From positions 62,001 through 89,984 of the forward strand of contig JBPGPT010000051.1 of assembly GCA_051047955.1 (NCBI GenBank): a stretch of 27,984 nucleotides of DNA, in the 5' to 3' direction. The notes beneath the pieces were generated by a model. That model ran no database searches. It was not told the DNA's origin and worked only from the letters and a program-made list of their open reading frames with translations. Shown here piece after piece: positions 12,271-21,494 of the stretch (position 1 is its first letter; every line of letters begins with the position of its first letter). The translations under genes and the position numbers were made by a program. Source of the DNA: Cystobasidiomycetes sp. EMM_F5. Its lineage: Eukaryota.

Positions 12271-12767
12271 TCATGACGGCCAGCTTAGTCGCCGTAAAGG
12301 TCAATTGCAGCCAGACAGGGTCGAATGCGTGAAACGAGTACCGCCTATAGCCTCATAATCGCAGCATCTCGTATTTTGCCATAGGTTGTCTCGACAGTCG
12401 ACAATTGCTGTTGGTGTATGTGAGAGACAACATTGACCCGCCAACATATGTATGAATGGTATACAATTGCAGTGAATGTTACGACAAAGCAGGCCTCCGT
12501 GCAGTTCACTCAATGTTTATACATTGCTGGTCTACTATTGAGTCTGCGAAGCAGCGCTGAAAGATGCGCCTTGCCACCAAGCATCAATCATGTTGCTGAG
12601 GTTTTCTGTCGAGACTGCGTATGGCTCGCTTTGCGGCTGCAAAAGCGGGTCATCAAGATACCCGAGGGATGTGAGTACGTCAATCTCCTGCCTATGAATG
12701 CATAAATAAACATATTCGTCAGTCATTTGTGCTTTCTATTGGTAACGGTAGATTAGTTCTAGTCCGC

Positions 12768-15253
12768 TCACCACTCTTTTCCAATGACAGCTGGTGGACC
12801 GTCTAGAGGCTCGGAAAGTAACGCATCCCATGCGCGTGAGTCTGTCTGTGGTGTGATAGTAGTTGACGGTGCTGTGAAGTGCCGTAATGTGAGTGCTAAG
12901 GGATCGATTTGTTCTCCGGCAGCAGTAACACGATCGTCAGAAGATGGAAGACCCGAAGAATAAGATGTCGCGGGTATGGGAAAACTTTGCGGACTCAGCG
13001 TCAGATTGGGTGACAATCTGCCAGCGCACAGCATGTCCAGCTGATCGATGTGGCGCGGCAAAAGCTGATTATATTGCCTGAGAGACTCTCTGGCCAGCGC
13101 GACGAGAGTAGCTGGCGGCGCAACGTCATCCGTCATGGCGTTGATAAGTATCCCAAGCGGCAGCATTGATGCCCACGCATAGGATCTGAAGCAAGTGAAT
13201 AGGCGTAAGCGTGTATCGAGAAGTGTGGATGCATTGTGATAGACTGCTTGTCGCAAATCATCCAAATGTCGTCTGCGGTGCACAAGAGTCATCAGAGAGC
13301 GTCTCGTGTAGGCCATACAACTTACACTTCTCGACAAGTCAGAAGAACTAAGTAGAGTCGTATTGCATGTGCATCCAGCACGTGTGGAGGGGCGTCGACG
13401 TAGAGAGCAGGCGTGACATTCTCCATGCTCCGCTCCGCTGCGGCTGAAGCTCTTTGGATATCATTGTGACGTAACGAAGTCAGAATATCCATGCCCAGGC
13501 AGCTTATACTGCTCAAAAAATCGAGATTGATTAACGCTCGAGACGAGCAGATTAAGCTCGCATCGGAAGGCGAGTGCCAATTTCCCGCATAGTGAGATGC
13601 TAGGCTTCTTGCAGACTCGCACTGCCAAATCTCGGAGTCCTCCCGTCCATCATTAATCCGGAAAACGCTTCTCTTGCCATCGGGGATTAGGCACTTGAGG
13701 CCATACTGCGTGGCAAGCAAAAAATCTACGATGCATATGCAATGCCATGCACGGGAGCGAGCTTCAACATGTGATGATGCCACCGACAGTGGATCTTCAT
13801 CAATATTGATGTCAACAGCTCCCGCAATGCAGCAAGCTATTGAGGAGATGTCAGGCCGATTCAGTGGTGGAAGGGTCTGATGCCTACCTAGATAATCTCT
13901 TGCTCGGGATTTGAGGCCTGCTCCCCAAGCCCAGACGGTTAAGAGAAGCAGGGCTTGAATGCTTTCAAGAGAGACGCTGCAGGATGAGGCCAGAAGTACT
14001 TGGACAGCCGCATTTGCATATTGTACAGCTACGCCGTTTTCGATTTGCATGTAAGGTGCCGTAACGACGGTCATCGCATTCGTCAGCGCAGGGTGCATGT
14101 CTCCTTCCGTTCCAGCTTTGGAGAATGACCATCTTAGAACAGTCTGCCTATCCAACAATGGGAGAAATGGATGGAAGTAGGTAAGGAAGAAATTGGCGAC
14201 CTTGGTGCGATTTTGCGGATTCTTGTTCGGCAGTGTATTTGTAACAGGGCAGAAAAGGGTGAGTTCAGATGACTGAATGGTAGTTGATTTGTGAAATCGG
14301 TGAAATCCGCTGGAAATTTCGTACGATCGTGGTTGTGTTGTAGGATGTAGCGGCTTTGCTACGTTGCTGGTCGATACAGTTCCAGACAACGAAGCGGCCG
14401 AAGCATCGGAAGTGCCAGCAGGCCTGGACTGCAAGAAAGGGACTGTTACCGGAATCTGCTTTGCTTCAGATTGGGCGTCCGTCAAAGGATCTGACGTGCT
14501 GACTCCGGAAGTAGACAGCAAATCGTCTGGGAAGAAAAGATCGTCTGGGAGACCAACATTCTCGCTAGGAAGGAAAGCTTTGGGCAAAGGAACGGATGAG
14601 TGCACTTGGCCTGATCTACCGGAATTGATCATGGGGGGCTCATTCGTGACTTGCATTGAATTCTCATAGTCGAGATCGTAAACGGTGTCCCCGAAGATTT
14701 GAGAGACCAACAGACGTCTAAAGCGTTGCTGTTTCTCCGCGCTCACACCAACAGTGATGCCGGCTTGTTCTGTAAAGATGTTGATGGCTGTAGGTAAGCC
14801 TGCTGGCGGGGCGCTCAGGGCGCCGTCAGCATGACAGCGAAGTATGGAATCGCTCGCGATAAGTAGAGTGGGGTACAGTCTCCATATATCGTATAAGTGG
14901 CATTCCAGCCTCGCCGTCCGGGCAGCTAATTGCTTGAATGGTGGTGGTCCACGCCGCTTGCTTTCAGACCAGGCGCATTCAGCATCGACAGCTCTGCAAG
15001 TTCCGCAATGTGGTACGACACCGTCGCATCTGATGCGCTGTGTGGATTTATGAATGTCAGGACTACAGATTCAACGTTTCCGTGGTGTGGCTTTGACGGA
15101 GTGTGACACCGATGCGAAGGGCGAGAAAGCCTTTGACGCCGTCAAATACAAGCAGCCCACCTTTGTTCGGCATCGCTGGCAAGATTGGCGCACCCGCTTC
15201 CGCTTGGTACTGCCAACGCTGGTACTCGTGGCCGAATCCACTGGCGTATCCAT
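12768..15253 (-). CDS. Zn(II)2Cys6 fungal transcription factor, probable QutA/QA-1F-like cluster activator
   Basis: KRKRVRQSCQRCRTK|RIRCDGVVPHCGTCRAVDAECAW (six Cys; intron 15160-15038), followed by KRRGPP. Fungal TF middle homology region FFLTYFHPFLPLLDR ... RSRAWHCICIVDFLLA. Two further introns near 13838-13888 and 13273-13325. The qutA assignment rests mainly on adjacency to qutR. Confidence 0.85.
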
Positions 15254-15891
15254 ACTGCTACAGAAACGTTTGAGATGGTTTCACGGCGCCATTTCGCTTA
15301 TTGACAGCTTCAGCCGGTTGGATACCTCCATACGGTCGCTGTATTCGGTTGTCGCGAGATCATCATATCTTTACTAATAACCATTGAAGTCGGTGTACTG
15401 TACAACTAATATACAAGATGACGACTCCTGAATCGTACATCGAGATTCGCCAGCACAAATGCACGACAAACATCCACGACGAGCAGCAGCAGCTCACCAA
15501 ATGCTGACAACGGCTCTGATATTGACTACAATCACCAGCCCGCAAATGACCCATTCAGGTTTCCGCACAGCCATATATATTTTCATTAATGTCCGAGCAC
15601 AGCTGAAGGATGCGAGAGATATTGCTTTCGAACGACATGGTTCAAAGTCACTAAGTACCCGGCTCGCGACCCTTGTACGTTCTGGGGCATCTGAGTTATT
15701 TGCCGCACGCGCGACTACATTTGCACGTCGAATAATGCAGCTTCTTACACGTGACTGTGGACGGATAAAAGGCAACCGCGCGGACAGCACGAATTGGGTG
15801 TTGGAAATCCGGCAGTACTTACGGCTTGCGTTCATATCACTCATTTATCGAAGCTTCAACCCTGTCGACAATACCCTCTTCGGCCTACAAT

Positions 15892-17331
15892 ATGACATCC
15901 TTCTGCGAGAGGCGACCGGAGGCTGGCCCCGAACAAGAGCGGACTCAAACTGCTATCTATGGTGTAAGCAGACAGCGCTTGATAGTGCAGATCACTATCC
16001 TGATATGCTGTCGCCAATGCGGGCCGCTGCGTGCAAATGACAGAGCCCGATCTCCCACACGGTTGCCCCAAAGCTTTTCGACATAATATTTCCGGCATTG
16101 GGATTACCGAGATTCAAATATACATGGCATGACTGCCCTACCCTAAACGACCCCAATGCAACGTGGATAGTCGATATGAAGAAACCGCAAACACTTGGTA
16201 GTTGTGTTACTATGCCATTAAAGGTAAGTCAAGCAACGCTGGACGATTGTGAACGCAGCCATTCTCATTATACTCTTAGTTTGATGTCGTACCATTTATG
16301 GATGAGATTACACAACAGGCCAGAACTGTCGGCAGCGTGAACACGACTTATTTTAGGGAGAATGTGGACGGTACTGTCGTTCATGTGGGAACGAATCTGG
16401 ATGTGGCGGGTGTCGGCAACTCGTTACACGCCGCACTCGTAGGACACCCAACGCCCATGCCCGCGGGTACACCATCGAGATTCGCTTCCGGGAAGGCGGC
16501 ATCCTTGATGATTGGCGGCGGTGGGGCCACACGCGTAAGCTACGATTTTGTATTCACTCGTTCGTGGCTGATGAATTTGCGCAACAATTTTGCCGACAAT
16601 ATCCGTGACTGGTGTGAATCATTACGTCTCATGTCCCGCGGGTCCTGACAACAGGCTGCAATTTTTGCAATGAACAAGCTTGGTTTATCACCTATCCTTC
16701 TTCTCAATAGAGATGCCGGTGAAACGTGGGTTCGCCATAGAATTGGCACTCGTGATGCCGCTGCTAAAGTGATAGTTGCCGAAATAGGGAAAGGACAGTC
16801 GCCCAATTCCCTGAACTGGACTTGAGACCTTTGGCTACGGTTGCAGACGCCGAGCAAGTCCTTCAAGAGCTTAACAGCAGAGGTATCAAGCTGTGCGCCG
16901 GTGTCGGAGCAATTCCAAGCATAGAGCCTCAGTCAGCTGCAGAAAAAACAGTCTATGAGATCGCGAAGACCTTGTTCTCTTTCCCTTACAGCCCACATCC
17001 AAGTGACGGTACAAGTGAAGGTGCAAGTGAAGATGATTCCATGGGTCTGCCTCCTCAGCCTTGCTTCCTGGAGATGGCATACAAGCCAAGAATGACAATT
17101 ATGCGCAAGATTGCTGAAGGCTTGAATTGGCGTACCATCTGCGGTGTCGAAGTAGTGCTTGAGGGCTGCGTGAGTCATTATGCGTTACTCTCCGTACACT
17201 TTAATGCTGATGTTACCGACCGTAACAACGATGTTTGGACCACTCAGTTCGAACAAGCATACCTGTGGACCGGAAAAGAAGTAGATTTCCAGACGCGGGA
17301 AAAAGGACGAGCGCTGCTGAGAGCGGAGTAG
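15892..17331 (+). CDS. qutB: Shikimate/quinate 5-dehydrogenase 1 (QutB/QA-3-like, predicted NAD+-type)
   Basis: Spliced TAIYG|SPISHTVAP (intron 15964-16043), VTMPLK (catalytic Lys), VGSVNT, GTNLD (catalytic Asp), IGGGGATR, LLNRD, FLEMAYKP and FEQAYLWTG. Confidence 0.8.
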
Positions 17332-17552
17332 GATTTTGTTTGATACTTGTATTGTTGCCCGTACGTTGAATGCTTAGTGGCATGATGAATATTACACAAC
17401 ATCGCAAGCAGGATATAATCAACGCTTGGCAGTCTTCTGCTATGGCATTACAGCTGCACACACGGCAACAAGTACAGTAGGCGGCACCCGGGCATCATGA
17501 GAGGCTATCGCGCAATGATGAAAACAGGAGCTACATATATAACAGTACATGC

Positions 17553-18827
17553 TCACAGTTGTAGGGCTTTCCTCAACGTCAACCAGCTCTGCCAGCCGCG
17601 CTTAGCGTGCTTCTCAGGGATGTTATCGTTGCTGACATGGCAGAATCGGTTAAACAATTCAAAACTTTGCAATATGTCAGTTACAGCTGCTGTCCACTGC
17701 GGCATCACTGTCCTGACCTGATGAACCCAGTGAAGCCCATGTCAACGAAGGCTTTCGCAACCCGCTCAATTGGCATGTATGCACCCTTGTCCGTCTCGTA
17801 AGGGAACAAACGGCAATTGCGGGACCAGCTCATGTAGGGTTGCTGCCCTTCCACGTGATAAGGACTACTGCTCCCAGATCCAAGTGGAATGCTCAGTCGT
17901 TCTGCATCGACAAGCTGCACATAGAAGATCTTATTGGCTGGAATGCTTGTAACAAGTTCGCTCAACGATCTTGCAAGTCGTTGCTCGCCATCCTCGCGAA
18001 CACCACCTTCGACTGTGGGGTCGGCATATTCGTAGGCCGCAATATGGAAAGCATCCAAGACCACGCCGAAGTTTGGGCGATCCACCGCTTTGACCACTTC
18101 CCAGCCCTGTTGCCAAGTGTAGTTGAATGTCGACCAACACATCGCTTCGTAAACGAAACGAATTGGAGGCGCATGACGCGCTCCGATATCCTAATTATTT
18201 TCGAAGCGGTAAGAATGTCTGAGGGATGCTGCGGAGATCGGGATGGAAACCCTTCGGACCTACCGCAATTTCCTGCAAGTCGCGCACAATGTCGGCTTGA
18301 TTGCCAGTGATTCCAGCATCCAAACGGAAGTTTGCAGGGATCTGCATCATATCGGTCCCTAAACAATTGCAGAGCTGTGGATAAACAAAAATCAGAAAGT
18401 ATCAACCCACACGCCGAGTCAGCACGGCAACTCCATACCTCCATTCTGAATGAGATCTCTTCGACCCTGGCTCCATGGTCCGCACTGTCCCTTATACCAT
18501 CGTAGTTCAAGATGGGCTGTAGTACAACGATAGTTAAGCCATATTTGGTTGCCAATTCCTTCACTTCTGTAGCCGCTTTCTTCAGATTATCCCTAGTGGC
18601 TACATCTGTCCCTCGTTTGGCCATGTGCTCCAGATCCATATAGAACACCTGTTCATCAAACATTGAAGAATCCAGTCTTCACACCGTAGCCGCAGACCAA
18701 TATACTCAGTGCTCACCTCAATCGCAGTGAAGCCAGCGGCAGCAGCTGCGGCTAGCTTTTCTGCCATAGTATAGCCAGCCGAATTAAATCCGAGGGACAT
18801 CGTGGGTATGCAGGGTATGTAGCTCAT
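17553..18827 (-). CDS. qutC: 3-dehydroshikimate dehydratase (QutC/QA-4-like; xylose-isomerase-like TIM barrel)
   Basis: MSYIPCIPTMSLG...KLAAAAAAGFTAIE|VFYMDL, IVVLQP, FVYEAMCWST, VDRPNFGVVLDAFHIA, IFYVQLVDA, WSRNCRLFPYE and FIS|FELFN. Predicted E/D/Q/E metal ligands are present; last exon ends ...RKALQL* (TGA 17555-17553). Confidence 0.9.
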
Positions 18828-19186
18828 TGTCAAGGACTTGTGACAGTTTGAAAGCGAGCTTCAAGTCCAGTGAAAAGACAACCGATGCGGGACAAGCACA
18901 AGGATGAGCAGCGTGTGGGATATGTTGGACGATATTGACGTTGATGCGGAACCATGGGAGATTGGCAAACAGATTTTGGGCTGCGGCTGCGTTTGTGATT
19001 CTCCTGCGACGGTTCATCATGTCACGTGTTTCAACGGCAAATCTGGAGGTTTATCCGGTTCTTCCAGCGGTGTGTGGATTCGAAAGGCGGAGTGAACAAC
19101 GAGAGCAACACGCGAAGAAGGCTACAGTACGGTATGCCATTCCTTTTGCGCCTTTCACCTAAGCCATTCAGGTAAAAACCGCCATA

Positions 19187-20363
19187 ATGCCAGATACCAC
19201 GGACGCAAATCCAGGCAAGACAGTCATCGTTTCGCAGTTTCAGGGCTGGTCTCACCATGACGCGAATGCTCTTCAGTATTCAACGACTCTGCGAAACAAT
19301 TTTGGGTTATTGGCTTTCCTATCAAGCAGTCGAAGTCCCCGTTGATCCACAACACGGGCTACACTGCAGCTGGCCTGCCGCACAAATTCGACATTCATGA
19401 AGTGAGATCGCTTGGTCCGGAGATTGGCAGAATGTTTGCAGATCCGTAGGCATTGTCAAGATTACATTCGACGTCATGGCTGACTATGCATGTACAGAAT
19501 CTTTGGTGGCGCTGCTATCACAATGCCATTCAAGGTCGATGTTATGCAATTCATAGACGAAAAGACGGCATCTGCAAGCGTCCTCGGTGCCTGCAACACC
19601 ATTATACCGTCGACAAAGCATGGGTCTCCCATTCTGATTGGGGACAATACCGACTGGGTGAGCCATCTGAGCAGATTGCCGGACGGAAGAGCTAAAGCCG
19701 AGTGTTTAGCTTGGAATGCATACCGTCTTGCAGAAGGGTTTACTCGCAGCGCATCGCCGACAAATCGATGATCCAGCATTGATAATTGGCGCTGGAGGTG
19801 CCGCCAGGGCTGGCAGTGAGAAGACACGGCCCGACCAGACTGGAGAGTTCCGGAGTGACTGATACAATCTTCCGACAGTTTACGCACTCGGGCAGCTTGG
19901 CGTCAAGTATGTATACTTGTATAATCGTACCCACAGTAAGATCGGGGAAATCATTCGAGATTTTGCAAACTACCCTATCGAAATAATTCCGATTTATAGT
20001 CTTGTGAATGTCGAATTTGCCAAAGGAGATCCAATTTTTGTCGTAGGGACAGTGCCAGCAAAGGGAACAAGCATCACTGGAGATGGACAGCCGTCCGACA
20101 ATACTATACAATTGTCAGCCGAGATCTTCAAACGTCACGATGGCGGTGTAATGCTCGACATGGCGTACCTCCCGAAACGCACACCTCTGATCAAGCTGGC
20201 TGAACAAAACTCTTCGTGGGTTACAAATCCTGGCATCGACGTTCTTCTCGGTCAAGGGTTTGCGCAGTTCAAGATCTGGACAGGCGTTGATCCAGCAACA
20301 GAATTGATTACCGAGGCGGTTCTCGCCCAGTATGAAAAAGAACAAGCGGCGATTAGTGCTTAA
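19187..20363 (+). CDS. Shikimate 5-dehydrogenase 2, stand-alone, AroE/AROM-domain-like (predicted NADP-type)
   Basis: FWVIGFPIKQSKSPLIHNTG, FGGAAITMPFK, LGACNTIIP, IGDNTDW, LIIGAGGAARA, YLYNRTHSK, GGVMLDMAYLPKRTPL and PGIDVLLGQGFAQFKIWTG. The first exon (ATG 19187) is inferred via a GC-AG intron. Confidence 0.85.
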
Positions 20364-20926
20364 TCACAAGGAGAAGTGCTGTGCGTCCACGAAAAGTGTA
20401 GTCGGTGTCCGCTATCGAGCAGAGTTTCATCTCCGCATGTACCACTCAATCTAAGAAGGCACTTGCTCTAGATTGCTTGCGAACATAATCATCAGAACAC
20501 GGTTTTGTAGCCTGTCACCTATCCTAGGTATTGACGGCCTAACGTAACTTGCAATTTTGGACAGTGATAATTCGGTTAACACCACACCAAGCTGGTTGGC
20601 TAGAAACGACCCAATTAGCGGTACTCTTTCATCTCGGGCGTCGCGTCAAGGCACCTGACCCGTGTGTAGCGGAAGCTATCAGCTGGCGTACCGCGATTTA
20701 ATTCTGTTGACAGTTAGAGATTTGGGATCGGATATGAGTGGAAACCGAGCTAGAGCGTGTGTCGCTGACCCGCTTGATCTGTCCAGACAAAAAGGACAAC
20801 GTCAGAACGTCAACCACGCCGCTCAAACTGCCTGCGACTGTTGTAAGGCTATGTTCAGAGACTCTCAGGCCCTCTTTGTGTGCAATCAACGCTCGCTGAA
20901 TCAGTGTGTTCAGAGCTGTCTGTCTG

Positions 20927-21116
20927 TGAGTCAGATGCTTTGGTCCGGTCCAAACGCAGCATGTCCGCGAACATTCGGGAAGCGGTACCGACGACATATA
21001 TGGTAGCCTGATGCAAGGCAAACATCAATGATTAATGACTTAGCCAAAGTTAAGCCTGGCTTAGTAGAGTAAGTGTGAGATTTGGAGAGTCACGGTGTGG
21101 GAAACCGTATGACTAA
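20927..21116. promoter_or_regulatory. Candidate Gcn4/CpcA-type elements upstream of ARG1
   Basis: TGAGTCA at 20927-20933, GAGTCA at 21087-21092 and ATGACTAA at 21109-21116, all 380-570 bp upstream of the ARG1 ATG. ARG1 is a classical general-amino-acid-control target in ascomycetes. Confidence 0.35.
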
Positions 21117-21494
21117 CAACAACCTACTAGCATACTTGCACCATACAGGAGTCGATGAATGTCCTAAATGAGGTTCACACTTGTTGTAGACTGCACATTT
21201 AGCGTGTTATCATGCTAGAGAGAAAAATTAGATGTGCACAGCGATTCGCACAATTAACAGGCGAAGGCGTTCGATTCAAGTGAGGCTGCAGCAGCATCTT
21301 CATTGCCGGTGTTGGCGGGCCAGCAGCAGTATGCAGCGGAGTCGAGAAGACTCTTCTGCTAAGTTACAATGCCGTCCCCTAATTTTGCAAAAATTTCGAT
21401 CCCCAGTTCCGACTGAAGCGTACTAACTCTTTGCTGTCGCCAATCGCATTGCTGGGACATTTTGATCATACCGCATTGCTCATTGAGTTCTATC

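Noticed and set aside
9995..15253. Low intron density of the regulators as proof of horizontal transfer
   Set aside because: Housekeeping SHE9, COQ4 and TRS65 here are also intron-poor, and the cluster enzymes have host-style introns; only phylogeny can decide.
15459..16040. 193-aa plus-strand ORF across the divergent promoter
   Set aside because: No domain features; overlaps the first exon and intron of dehydrogenase 1 in another frame; treated as a chance ORF.
20662..21021. Two overlapping ~110-aa ORFs in the gap before ARG1
   Set aside because: Non-ATG starts, Cys-scattered composition typical of non-coding frames, and no dehydroquinase or transporter motifs.
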